DNA of 64,000 nucleotides from Lytechinus pictus (lineage: Eukaryota), in contig NC_087261.1 in NCBI RefSeq assembly GCF_037042905.1, positions 5,084,001 to 5,148,000 of the forward strand, in the 5' to 3' direction. The number at the start of each line of letters is the position of its first letter. Position 1 is the stretch's first letter. Below are positions 1 to 13,400 of the stretch, one piece after another. Both the position numbers and the translations under genes were made by a program. The notes beneath the pieces are model-generated. The model did no database searches. It saw nothing but the letters and a program-made list of their open reading frames with translations, and was not told the DNA's origin.

Positions 1-1100
1 GATTTTCCCCCGCACTTTGGAAGGCTGTAGCTCGATAACCATATGGGTGGAAGGCAATAGGAAAGTTATTTCTGATGTAGTCCCACATATAGATAAATTT
101 GCTGACAATGTTTCTGCTGATGATTGAAATAGTCTTTAATCATGTAAATTCAGGTTGAAAGTATACAAATCTTGCTTTTTAGTTTTAAAAGTGTATCCAA
201 TGATTCTCAAGATCAATTTTAATCATTTTTTTAATGGCAAAAGAAATTTAGGTCCTGTCATGTTGATGATTTCAGCTGCTTGATGGAAACTTTATATCTA
301 TTCAAAAGTAGAATTAGGAAAAGAGAAAGTAAAAAAAATTATAATTTGAGGTGATTGGGAAGGGGGGGGGCTGAGGAATTGTGTTGTTCTGTGACTGTGT
401 GTTTGTTTATTGGGGTAAGGGGCTTAATCTTTTTAAAAGAGTGTTGGGGTGCTGTGTTTGTCTTGAACATAAGACTTAGAAATAAAATTGAGACAGGACA
501 TGGTGGTTAGGGGGGGTTGCTGATGAAGCCTGTAAAAGGGTTTTCTTCTTCCTTTTTTTTAAAAAAGTAACTCTACCCTTGTAGTACCTAAATATTTTTA
601 TTACTATTAATTGATTGGTGTTCTGATCTAATTCCTTACCTTCATTTGATATTTTCCCCTCTGATTTATTATTAATTGTTTTGTGTGTGTATACCACTCT
701 GCCATTTGCACACATATATCGTGAAATACACAACAGCTAATTGTAATTAATATGCAAATTAATGCATGGAATAAAATGCAAATGTGCACAATAACAGAAC
801 TTGCTTGATGCACATCTTTAATTTGTTTCAGTGGAGACTGGAATTTTACTTCCAATCAGAACAAAACTTAGTGCAAGAATATTCTTCAGTCACAGGTAGA
901 CCTACTATGAATGTGAATACAAGTTCACCTCAGCCTATGCGCTAAATGCTGCTCATTTGCATATATAATTAGATGCTAATTAGGGTGTAAGATGGCAAGA
1001 TGAAATATGATTCAGCATGTTTAGTCTAGAACAATTAAATGTATATACATTGGACCAAGATTGTTGGCAATCTTGGTCTAATTTATTATTATATATAATG

Positions 1101-1368
1101 TAATAATAATAATATAGGGTATTTATATTGCGCACCTTGTTAGGTGCTCAAGGCGCTCCTATATTACCCGGCTAAGCTAGGCGTTCATAGCGCACACAGC
1201 TTTTTAAGGAATTACTTCCTACCGGTACCTATTTACCTCACCTGGGTTGAGTGCAGCACATTGTGGATCAGTTTCTTGCCGAAGGAAATTACGCCATGGC
1301 TGGGATTCGAACCCACGACCCTCTGTTTCAAAGTCCGAAGACTAATCCACTGGGCCACAACGCTCCAC
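1101..1368 (-). mobile_element. tRNA-derived SINE
   Basis: Minus strand reads GTGGAGCGTTGTGGCCCAGTGGATTAG (A box) ... GGGTTCGAATCCC (B box), then a ~190-bp body ending in a (TAT)n tail. Confidence 0.85.
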
Positions 1369-1933
1369 ATGCATCACGCCACGTCACCAGATCATTGGCA
1401 GAACATTTTTAATATTTGCATAATGGATTATGCGTTAATTTAAATAAGCTTTAGTTATTAGGAAAAACTGTACTCTTATTACTTAGATAGAAAATTATAT
1501 CCCCTTCAAAATGAGTACAAATAAGCTGTGGTTTATTCCAAAATAAAAGAATTCATTTGGCTTAGCTAATTCTACTTCAAAGTGGTCGAGGGGTTGGTTC
1601 CTGCCCTTCCTGTTGATAAATTTCTAATGAAAGCAAGACATTTATAACGTAATATCAAAGCTAAGAAATTTGTAAACTTTGATGCTACTAACTATGTTGT
1701 ATGTGGTAGAGAAACAAGTAACAAATAACTCCAAGTCATTTTCTCAATAAGACAGTTAATGTAACGCAGAGCAGTTAAGAAATTCTTTTTTTGTGAATAC
1801 AACGTTCGTTGGCCTGGAATCAACTCCCTAACGAAGTTGTCAGCAGTACCGGTACATCACCAGAGGTGTTACAGTTTATTAAAGCCAAGAATAAATTAAG
1901 ATCGAAGAAAGCCACTACGTTTCGACTAAACTC

Positions 1934-2000
1934 ATTTGCGCCCTCTCCTTACCCGGTGCATTAAACTATTTGCGCCCTCTCCTTACCCGGTGCATTAAAC
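1934..2000. repeat. 34-bp tandem duplication
   Basis: ATTTGCGCCCTCTCCTTACCCGGTGCATTAAAC occurs at 1934 and 1968. Confidence 0.9.
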
Positions 2001-4047
2001 CTAACGGTCCTGCACTGTACATCCAGATCCAGATATCTAAAAATAATGAAGATAAAATTGTTCTCAAAATACCAATTCGGAGAGATTTTAAGGGTATTTT
2101 ATCTCACTGATTTTGAAGGAGATAAAATATTTTATTAGATCTGATTCTGAGATAAAATGGATCTCAGTCAGAATACCACCCCAAAAGCATGAAATGACCT
2201 CACATATTAACGGGAGACAGTTAACGCGCCGCCTGGCTTGAAATAGTGACACTCATTCTCAGCTGGTACGGTACAGGAAATGCGATAGCGCGGCGCAGCG
2301 CTTGAACTTTGAAGTTAAACGCGACGGGTCAAGCCGCGAGGCCGAGGAGAAACACTGCGCCCACATATTCATAATCGCGTTGTATGCGGTATGTTAATTG
2401 TGCGAAGTTCGTTCGAAATATTGTTTAGCTTATCTCACAACCAAAACATACAAAGCACTTCAAACACAAATAATAATATCTATTTCATCCTTCAAAACAA
2501 GTGATATTGTCAATAGTTGGAAACTGACCTTTATAAACCAAGCTTTATTTTGTTTTCTCCGACAAAAAGAGTTGCACGTAACACACGTTTGCCGCCTCCG
2601 TTTAAAACTCGATGGTATCTCTAGCTCTGCGAATAAAGCCAGAAATGAAAAACTGGGATTCCGCATGCGTATGGAATTTTCCGAAATTTATTATATTAAG
2701 TGGTTTTAATTTTGTCAATAATTTTCTTTGAGTAGGCCTATAGGTTGAGTTTATTCGAACAATTAAAAAACACAAACAGCAAATTTAATATCATTTCTAA
2801 AACAAAATACCAAAAACTTTGAGAATCATAATACTGTACATATCACTGATGCTTTTGAACTTCTGTCTGTTTTGGAAGCAATGAATGATCTATGGTGAAA
2901 GCCCCCCCCCCCCCCCCCATAAGCATGGTAACGTATTATGCATAACTCTGATATAAATTCATCATCTCTTATCAAGTGAATAATATGAATAAACTCCACT
3001 TCACATAACTTTAAAAAGAAACTATAATGGTAATCCACTATCCAGGTTTCAGGATGGAGCACGGGGGGGGGGGGGGTCGATGGGCAAATATACAATTTAA
3101 AGAATGTCAAAACTGGCTGGTATTTTAAGCACAAGCGCGTCGAAATATTGACAACTTTGTATTTTTATGTCAAGTTGGATAGTTTTATATTAATTTCCAA
3201 TGCCTTTAAAAAATATAAAGTATTTGCATTCCCTTTTTCTTTTTTAAGATAAAAAAAGTGGGAGGGAAGCAAATCGGTAATTATGTTTGCCCTCCAATAT
3301 TTTCATTGTGGGCGATTGCCCCCCGCCCTTATGATCGATGCCTCAGATGATTTTATTTAAAAAATGAGGGCGTGTCATTTAAGACAATAATTTTATGATC
3401 TTGAAATTTAGGTGGTATACTTATATATTTCTAGTCTCTAGAGTGATGCTGAAAACACGGATACCGTCGTAATATGGATTACTAAATGTTTTATGAGTAT
3501 CATTCTGTTTAATTTGTTGTATTACACATCAACTGACAATTTTTTATCATTGTTTACCATAATATTAGTTTGCAATCGTTCCATATATTTTGTTTTCAGT
3601 ACACATAATTTTGCGAATGGTTTTATATGTTAAGTTTCAGTTCTTTAAGTTTTTTTTAAATATTTTATATGTTTAGTTTTTAATCACCATAATTTTTTTT
3701 TAGCATTAATATGACTTGTATTCAATTTGAATATTCGCTTGTCCATGATAGAAACATCAATTTACTTTGATATTTTACTTTTTCATGCTCACATTAATAC
3801 TTTTACCTATTTATGCACCGCTTTGTTCGAATTTGATTCGATTTGATTTGATATATTTTGTTTAAAGTTTTAAACACGGTAAAACAGCACTCGATCAGCC
3901 AATGGCTTGTTTTCAGAGAGGCCGTGCATAAAACGAAAACCTAAAAAAAAAAAACTAAAGTGGGGTGAATGAAAGATAACAGAAACAAAAACAAAATAGT
4001 AACAAAATAAAAAAAAATAGGTAAAAAGGAATAATCAAGATTCCAGA

Positions 4048-4226
4048 GGGCGTTGCATAAAGCTGTTCGTAAGTTAAGAGCGACTTTAAGAACGACTAGT
4101 TAACCTTTCTTGTAAATGGTATACTGTACACCAAAATGTTCATTGGCGATGGTTTAGGAGTAAGAAAGTTTCACCAGTTGTTCTTAAACTTGCTCTTAAC
4201 TTATGAACAGCTTTATGCAACGGCCT
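4048..4226. mobile_element. Palindromic Harbinger-like MITE
   Basis: Long imperfect TIRs GGGCGTTGCATAAAGCTGTTC... / ...GAACAGCTTTATGCAACGGCC. Confidence 0.7.
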
Positions 4227-4499
4227 CCTGGACTCTTTCAATTTCAGATTCAAGTTAATTATTCGTCTGGGTCCAGTTTCAAAAGCCACAATCAAAAGAC
4301 AACTTTTTTTTTTCTTATTTCTTTATTTTTATATATAGACAATGATTTCCTCATGCACTCTGTTATTTAACCTTTCACTTTCTGTAATGGCAGCATAATT
4401 TGGTCTTTATTATTGTGATAAATCATACAAACAATATTTCATTTTGTATATGCATTGTTATCTGTGTAAACGGTATATCATTTCTTGTTGTTGTTGGAC

Positions 4500-4790
4500 G
4501 TTGTTCTTGTTCTTTTTTCTTCGATATTTTTTCTCCTTCTCCTCCTCCTCCTTTTTCTTCTTCTTTTCTTCTTCTTCTTCTCTTCTTCTTCTTAATTTTT
4601 CGTTTCTTCTTCGTCTTGTCTTTGTAAATAGTATATCATTTCTTGTTGTTGTTCTTCTTCTTTTTCTTCGATCTTTTTCTTCTTCTCCTCCTTTTTCTTC
4701 TCCTTCTTCCCCTACTTCTCCTCCTTCGTCTTCTTTTTCTCCTTTTTATTCCTATTCTTCTTATTCGGAGGAGGAGGAGATATATCAAGG
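4500..4790. repeat. (CTT/CCT)n low-complexity tract
   Basis: Degenerate trinucleotide repeat; explains the F/S/L-rich spurious ORFs. Confidence 0.9.
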
Positions 4791-5326
4791 AAGGGATAAA
4801 TAAGACAATTACACAGGAGGGATACTAAAAAGAGGAAGAAAAGTGAAGAATTTTAAAAGGGGAAGAGTTGGCAAATAGCAAACTTGTTTTTAACACTATA
4901 TCAAAATGCAAAATTCCGCTTCACGCTTGCATATCCTAGAACGTGAATGTTCAAACAGTTGTTCGCGCTTCTCACTTCTTTTAATGAAGCGTAATGAGCC
5001 AATATATATACAGTGCGTCCCAGAAAAAACGAAACCGAGATTTAGCGATGATTTATCATAACTTAATCATAAATAAAATAGACAAATGACCTACCAATGT
5101 AAAGCTTAGAATCTCCTCTTTCATCTGGTATTACTTAGATTATTCCTCATTGACGCATTATTGAGCAAAAAGATTTCGAAGAAAGGATGCCAAAAACTCA
5201 TTTGGCGGGGGGTATCTGAATTTCAAAAAGAAAATCACATGACTAAAAAGTTCAATATCTTCTTTTTTCTTTGATACCTAAATCACAGAAAATTGTCAAT
5301 GCTTGTATTTCCATAATTTCATTAAA

Positions 5327-5896
5327 AGGAGAATGAAACTCTTGGAGCAAGTTAGCTTTTGTGAAAGCAGAAAAATCAAAAAATAAGATCAACAAAAATT
5401 TGAGTAAAATAGGACTAGCAATAGAATAGTTATGAGCATTTGAATGTCGAGATCACTTATGCTATGGAGATCCTCCCATTGGCAATGCGACCAAGATCTA
5501 TGATGTCACAGGTGAAGAACTCTCCCCTTTTGGACACTGAAAATATACCCCAAAACATCTCTTTTTGCTCATTCTAATCATATGACAAACGATTCATCAA
5601 TGATTTAATGTTGTGAAACCTCTGTACTTCTCCTCTCATAAAGAGAACACCTCACATTGTGATAGACTCTATAAAAGTGAGAATATAAATGAAATAAAGG
5701 GAGTTGTACGTGTGTGACATCACAGATCTTGGTCGCATTGCCAATGGGAGGATCTACATGGCATTAGTGATCCGATCATTCAAATGATCATAACTTTCTT
5801 ATTATTCATTCAATCTTCCTCAAACTTTCAACAATATGTTTCTTTGATTTTTCTCTTTGATATAGATTCAGCTGGTTTCAAGGGTTTCATTCTTCT
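5327..5896. mobile_element. Kolobok-like MITE (TTAA TSD), family 1 copy a
   Basis: TTAA(A)|AGGAGAATGAAAC ... GTTTCATTCTTCT|TTAA; near-identical copy at 9318-9901. Confidence 0.8.
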
Positions 5897-5958
5897 TTAA
5901 ATAAACGTGTTTTCACTGGTTTCCCACAGAAGCTATCGCACGGTAACAAAAGACTTAA

Positions 5959-6553
5959 AGGGGAATCCAGCCTTTGCCATAAAATGTTGTGTTGGGAAGG
6001 AGAAAAATAAATTAAACAGAATGGTGAAATTTTGAAAGAAATCGGACAAACAATAAGAAAGTTATAGCTGCTTTAAAATTGGGATCACTAATAGTATGTA
6101 GATTTCAAATTGGCAACTGGGTAAGTAAATTATGACAAGGGGCAAGGACAACTTTCCCATAGGCCATGTACTTTATTATCAGGGTTTTGTGGTTTTCTCC
6201 TAAGTACCCATTCCCCTGGGGCAGTAATCTAAATATAACCCAGGTGGTATATTGTTAAATGTCCTCATAAAAGAAAAATGTAATTTGAAATAAAACTTTT
6301 CGGAAAAATGACATTTTAGCCATAATATGTAATGGAGTACATGGAAGAGTAGTCCTTGCCTTACATCACTATGACATCCCATATGTGGCCAATTTGAAGT
6401 CTCCATGAGTATAGTGATTACCAATATTTACAACTTTTAAAAATTCATAACTTTCTTGTTGTTTGTTCAATATTGTTCAAACTTTCACATATCAACTTGT
6501 CTGATTTATCTTTTTCTTATAAAAACAAGTTTTTATTTGGGTTGGATTCCCCT
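5959..6553. mobile_element. Kolobok-like MITE (TTAA TSD), family 2
   Basis: TTAA|AGGGGAATCCA ... TGGATTCCCCT|TTAA. Confidence 0.8.
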
Positions 6554-7599
6554 TTAATGCATGGCTGATCGTCAACAAAACGGAGTGTCGAGTGAGTTTG
6601 AACGCTAGCCTGTAAAACCTCTTCATTTTATGAAATTATTGAAATTCAAGCCTTATTTCAAATAACCAGAACTTTGTTATTTCTTGACCATTTTCTGTAA
6701 TTGAGGTATCAAATTAAAGAGCAGATATTGAACTTTTTTAAAATGTGGTTTTCTTTTTAAAACCCAGATACGGCCCGCCAAGTGACTTTTTGGTATCCCC
6801 TTTTCAAATTGTTTTTGCTCACTCATGCGTGAATGAGAAATAATTTAAGTTATTTCAAATGAAAGAGGAGATTCTAAGCTTTAAAATGGTAGGTCATTTG
6901 TCTATTGTATTTGCGATTAAGTTATGATAAATCATCGATAAATCTCGGTTTCGTTTTTTGTGGGACGCACTGTATATAGAAGAGTTTGAGGAGAGAAGGG
7001 CGGGGTAGAGATGGGGGACAAAAGCGGAAGCAGATAGAGAGATGGGGAGAGTGCAGAAGAGAAATGGGAAGGAGCAGGGAAAAAGAGAGAAAGATCGTCC
7101 TTAAAAGCCCCTCCATGCATTATGTCAAATGAAACAAATGCAATGATAAATGATTCAAAAATACACAATTTCGTCCGTATACACTATACACACGAATGCA
7201 TTGTGTTTCTTTTTTTCTTCAAAAGGCCTTTATCAATTTTTCACGAAATCGCTTATGTATTTTCCAGGTAAAGGTCAATACAATAAGCATCGCGTTAATT
7301 ATTGACAACAATATCGAAATCGTTTTTTTTTTCCATCGGCTGTCGTTCACCCTCTCAGACCATGATTAACCAGGGCGATCCAATCGGAAACTGTCACCAA
7401 GCAACGGTAAATAAATCAACTCGGTGATGGCAGTAAGAGCATCGCCTGACGCAATAAAGCATTGAAGTGGCAAGAGTGTTTTATTGAAAGTCCAGTCCAA
7501 ATTCATAAATAATGTAACATGTCTCTTTTCACAGGTGAATAAAGAATCACCCTTGCCCCTTTCCTTTAAAAAAAATATAAAAATAACAATCGACAAAAT

Positions 7600-7850
7600 G
7601 TTGAAACATGAAGAAGGAGGAGAAGGGGAAGAGGATGAGATGGGGTGGGAGAAAAAGACGGAGGAAGGGGGAATTAAGCCCCCCCCCCCAAAAAAAAAAA
7701 AAGAGAGAGAGAGAATGACAGAGAAATAGAAGAAGAAAGGGAAGGAGGAGAATAAGAAGAAAAAGAACAAGGAGGAGAAGAAGGAGAAGGAGAAGAAGGA
7801 GAAGAAGAAGAAGAAGAAGAAGACGAAGGAGGAGAAGAAGAACAGCAACA
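7600..7850. repeat. (GAA/GAG)n purine-rich low-complexity tract
   Basis: Degenerate trinucleotide repeats. Confidence 0.9.
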
Positions 7851-8126
7851 ACGACCCCCCATTATTGTTAATCATAGCTTTTCTCCTGGCCCGAGAATTC
7901 CTCTCACCTCTCCCACTCTCTCTATTATTCGCGACTCCCTTTTATGTCCTCATTCATTCTTCTTTATACCAATCCCTTCGACGAAATTCATTTATTTTAT
8001 AATCACATTCCCCCTCCGGCCGCCGATAAGGCGAGTGGAAAACAACCATTTTATCTAATTTTATTCAAACGTAGCTGGTACAAAAAAAATGGTTAGATTG
8101 CTGTTTTCGACTCTCCGTATAATACA

Positions 8127-8571
8127 GGTTTATTTCCAATTCGTCCAATTGCCAACTCGTCTACTATCATTTGGTCTACCATCAGTCGTCCACTCACCAC
8201 ATGGTCTCCTTTCATTTCGTCTAATAACCAGTTGGTCCAATAGCCATTTAGTCCATATACCATTTGGTCTTATTGGACTAAGTGTTAATTGGGCAAAATG
8301 AATGAAAATGAAATATTAGACCAACTGGTTATGAGACGAAATGGTCATAGACAAAATAGTGATTAGACGAAGTGTGATTGGACCAAATGGTTGTTAGACG
8401 AAATGTTGATGGATGGAATGGCATTAGACAAAATGAAAGAAGATCATGTGGTGAGACTAGAAGACGAGTTGCTTTTGGCAATTTACCGCCGAACGGCTGT
8501 TGTAGGGGAAATGTGACTGCAGCTGCTGGAGTCACATTTCCCCTACAACCGCTGTAAGGCGGTAAATTACC
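8127..8571. mobile_element. Palindromic MITE with ~15-bp subrepeats, followed by a ~95-bp hairpin
   Basis: (TTCGTCTA/TTGGTCCA) units mirrored by (TAGACGAA/TGGACCAA) units; hairpin at 8477-8571. Confidence 0.6.
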
Positions 8572-9317
8572 CCCTCTCCCTCGATCCTTCCCTCCCTCCC
8601 CGGTGCCCCCATCTCTCTCCCCCCCTTTTCTGTCTTTCTGGTCCATCGTCAGCTCCCCAACCACTTTCTCCAACACATAACACACATCTAATTCCCAACT
8701 CACAGTATAAACGATTTTTAAACACCCCTCCCCCTTTCACCATCTTTCTTCTTCACTGTAAAATACATTTTACAACTCTTGAACTTTAGGCCACATTATC
8801 TTACATGGTTGATCGAAACTAAAGTAATATTACTTAGGAATTTGAATGGTAAAAAAATCATTGCCATGTATGAATATGATATTTTTGTTCATTTATTTCA
8901 TTCACACAGTGAATATCAAATCTTCAGCACAACGAATTATTATGAACGACAAAATATAAATAGCATGTTTCAAACATAAGTAAAATGACATAATTATAAA
9001 GGCATTTAAACAATGAATATGTAAACAATTATTTTTGTAGAATGTGCAATGCAGCAATAGGCAATTCCCATCATCATCCTAGTATATTGATAATTATAAG
9101 AATTTGATGAAAATTAACCACTTTACTCCCTTGTTACTATGGTAACTCATACTGAAAATTAGAAGTATACTCTGAATTATTATAAATCAATCGCCTTTGG
9201 TGGTAAAGGAAGTACATTGTGAAATAGTACGAAGGGAATTCTTCTTAGCAATACTTATTATATGCCTTTATAACGTGTGCACTCACCAGGAGTAATAATC
9301 AAAATATTAAACATTAA

Positions 9318-9901
9318 AGGAGAATGAAACTCTTGGAGCAAGTTAGCTTTTGTGAAAGCAGAAAAATCAAAGAATAAGATCAACAAAACTTTGAGTAAAA
9401 TAGGACTAGCAATAAAAGAGTTATGAGCATTTGAATGTCGAGATCACTAATGCTATGGAGATCCCCCCATTGGCAATGCGACCAAGATCTGTGATGTCAC
9501 ACACGTACAACTCTCCCAATTGGACACTGAAAATATACCCCAAAACATCTCTTTTTGCTCATTCTAATCATAATGACAAACGATTCATCAATGATATAAT
9601 GTTGTGAAACCTCTGTACTTGTCATCTCATAAAGAGAACACCTCACCTTGTGATAGACTCTATAAAAGTGAGAATATAAGTGAAATAAGTACTAAAGTAA
9701 TAAGGGAGTTGTACGTGTGTGATATCACAGATCTTGGTCGCATTGCCGATGGGAGGATCAACATGGCACCAGTGATCTCAATATTCAAATGCTCATAACT
9801 TTCTTATTATTCATTCAATCTTCCTCAAACATTCAACAATATTTTTCTTTGATTTTTCTCTTTGATATGGATTCAGCTGGTTTCAAGGGTTTCATTCTCC
9901 T
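9318..9901. mobile_element. Kolobok-like MITE (TTAA TSD), family 1 copy b
   Basis: TTAA|AGGAGAATGAAAC ... GTTTCATTCTCCT|TTAA; aligns end to end with 5327-5896. Confidence 0.85.
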
Positions 9902-10485
9902 TTAACGAAAAAAGTACATAGCAAAAATCATTCATTAAAATATTGACATCCAGTGTCACGAATCTATATTAGAGCCCTGCTCTGTATATGACATAAAATA
10001 AGCCTACCAGAAAATGGACGGATTTGTCTGGAAAACATTTATCAATCGTAATACCCGAACTAGTTATCCCGGACGGAATTTGAACTGAATCATCTTCGTA
10101 TGATATTTAGGCCTGCGTCTTTAAGCAATCCCTCATAAAATAGTAATACGATAGAAATTCAAATTTACTTTTTCACGAGATGTGCTAAGCATGCCGTCAA
10201 TTTTTTTTTACCGTCAACCTATCGACATGATATTTCAATGTTCATGTATTGATAAGCACCAAATTGCCCTTGTCATGGACATTGTCCATTAAACTTTCAA
10301 TAAGTTATCTTTGACGAACTTATAGACGGGCATCATCTCATAACAGATGCATAAGGCCGTCGGGTTATATAGTAAACAAACCAATGGCACATAATTGGCA
10401 GCGTTTATGATATTGCGATATAACCCATAGATTCGGCCCGACTGCTCATGCATCACTAGGAGGTATCAATGAATACAGGTGATGT

Positions 10486-13400
10486 TAACTAACCCTGTAA
10501 CCGATTCTCGGATCGGCGGCCGATCTCGATCTAATCAATGCTGATCGATCGTTTCATGCCGATCACCGATCATAGCAAATTTATCGTTATGATCGGTTGC
10601 GAAATTCCCCGCACCGCGCCGGGCCAAAGTTGGCTGCGCTAGCCGGCCGTAGCTGCTGTGCGCTCGCTAGCTCTTGGTCGGCTGCCGTGCTGCAAGCCGA
10701 TATGACTGCAACAGTGAAATGGATGTTTTGATGTCCTTAGATGTCCTTAACTGAGGTCATCATTGCTCCGGGGTTACCACAAATAAAGATAAAAAAATAC
10801 CTGTTGCCATGCAGAAAACCGCGGATTAATTGGAGTCGCGTGCCCCACAATCATTCCACATTCCTCTTAAAGAAAAAGATTTACAGTTCACTTTTTTCTG
10901 CCCAGCTAGCCCCAGTTGGCTGACTACGCTCGTAAATAACTTCCACCACAATGCACAAGAATGTTAATTGTTATCGCGACCTCCAAATTCTGAGCCCATC
11001 ATTTTCTCTGTTTTGTTTCACGTTCTCAATTGTTATTTCACTTTCTGTAATATGATATCGAAAAATAAAAGGAAACTTGATGTGTTTTGAAAGCATGTTT
11101 ATGTTTTTAATCAGTCTAAGAATATGAAAAGCATGTTTACATTTTCGTCTTTGAGGCAGTAAGGTGAGCGGTTATGTAAGGCTGTGCAAGAAAGTGAAGA
11201 GGGGTCTTTCCTTTCTTGACTATATGTTTTCATGTTTTACCTCCATTTCCTCAAGTTATCAATTCCATCTCTCGCTCTCAGCTTTTGAAAATCATTCCCT
11301 ATTCTTTCTCATTCCTCATTTGCATTTGTTTAAAACGTTACTTTGGGGGGGGGGTGCTTCATGTCATTTTAAATTGAATAACTTTATTGTCCATAAAGTA
11401 AAGTATTTATTCTTAACCACCCATTCAAATTTTTAGTTTGTACATGTTACAATTAGAATAGATTTCAAAGTTTCCAACTTAAATCACAAACACACAAAAA
11501 CTGTACCTTTATACTTTATTCCCATTATAAATCCCGGTATAAATCCAACTTGTTTGTGATACTGATTAAATCCAGTGCATATATTCCTTGAAGTCGTGGA
11601 TTGTGCATGCCATGGGTGTGATAATGTGATATGAATGCAGCGAAGGATCGGAGGAAACACAAAACTAAAAAAAAAGACCACGTGTACGCGTGCAACATCA
11701 CATCGAGGTACTACATGTAGGTGCTTGGCGGAGCTCCATGCTGGCCGTCCTGATATGATGACCTGGGAATTCAAACGATTCAGTTAGCTCGAGAGAGAGA
11801 GAGAGAGATGGGGAGAGAGATTGACTTTCGGTACCATACGTGGAGGAGAGAGAACGGGGAGGGGGCTAAAAGGAATGAGAGTAATGGTTTATGTTAGGTG
11901 TTACTTTGAAATAATGCCAGATCGTAGCAATAGGGAGTCCGGGGACAGGGTAGTGATGTGCGTAGAACAAAACATGCTGGCATTGAATTATTTGTGTGCG
12001 TCTTATAAGAAACGAAAATTGCATGCTTTTTAATAGAGTATCAATGTTTATCTGTTCCCTTCTGTTCTTATTTTCATTGAACTGTGCGACTATTAGTCGA
12101 CATAGAAAAGTGGGCTTATTCATTGCAATTTTTAGTCTCATAGGTCAGTAGGGGATTTTTTTATTTCCCAGACTAATACATAAACTTAGTATGAGTTTTC
12201 GAGTTAAACAATGCTGCTGTAGGTATGAACATTATGTTGGTGACGATAAATGATAAGGAAAGAAAAGTAGAAGGATCATGGCTGGTACACATCTCCTGAA
12301 TAATCATCTTCCGTAAGGGACAGATACCAGGGGGAGGGGGAAGCTGGAAGTTTGAGTTCATGCAATTTTTTTTTACTTTTTTTGAGCATTTTTTCCCCCA
12401 TACTCCATTGAGACAAGGTGTTTTTTTTCGCCTTTGAAAAGATTTGTCAGTGGACCAAGTTTTTTTTTTTTTACTCTGATGTTGAGTCAATTTTTTGCTG
12501 TTGCTCATTTAGCAAGTGAAGTTTTTTCAAACTTCCAGCCCCCTTCCCTGGATATCTCTAATGGTGCGTTCCTAACAAATATGAACACCCTTTCCTACCC
12601 ACATCTCCTTCATTGACAACTTTGATATTTTGGAAACATCCACTTGAGAAAATCCCCCTAATCGGCTGGTGGGCATTACGCTCCAGTGGTTTTGTAAACA
12701 ACTTTATACATACTGTATGAAGGAGATCTTGTCAGATGATAAATCCAATCAGCATCGAGTACCGTGAATGGAAATTAGAGGGAACGATTCTCATTGGTCA
12801 ATTCCAAGCAGGGAGGACAGGGCTTCGCCAAAATTTACGAGCTAGCTCCAACTTACGGTGCCACATGTCAGAGGGTCAGAATGAAGAGTTTTTTCTCCCC
12901 TGATTTTTTCCATCATCCCACATTTTCACACACGAACATCCACCCATGTGATCTGTTAGCAAAGTTGGGAAAAGAAGCAACCAATCTCGCAAAGCGTGAA
13001 AACTCCAATGTTAATTTCGGTCATTTACTTTCTCTTGCCTTTTATTTTCGCTTGTGTTAATATAACTTGTAGGCCTGCATGGGAGTACACATTGATTGGT
13101 CGAATGGTTTAAATGGCGTGCCCGCCAATCAATCAGCAAAATTTACACTAAAGTGAATGTTCGGCAGATCCCGATTATGACGTTGGGATTATAGCTCAGA
13201 TACCCAAGTAATAATAACAAAATGACAAGAAAACAATGATGACAATAGTTTTTTGATACTTGATACAGGTTTAAAAATGATGCTACCGAGGTAATTTTTG
13301 AAAATTTATCAATGATTGTATCACATTCACAGTTACACAACACGAAAGAGCTCCGAAAATGTTAATCCCACTCGACCTTGCCCTCGATACACAAAATAAG

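Larger units (their letters stand above)
5011..6972. mobile_element. Tc1/mariner-type non-autonomous element (TA TSD) carrying two nested TTAA elements
   Basis: TA|CAGTGCGTCCCAGAAAAAACGAAACCGAG ... CTCGGTTTCGTTTTTTGTGGGACGCACTG|TA with ~300-bp imperfect inverted arms. Confidence 0.85.

Noticed and set aside
1290-1368. tRNA genes here and at 20771-20850
   Set aside because: A and B boxes are present but the cloverleaf is degenerate and each continues into a SINE body and tail.
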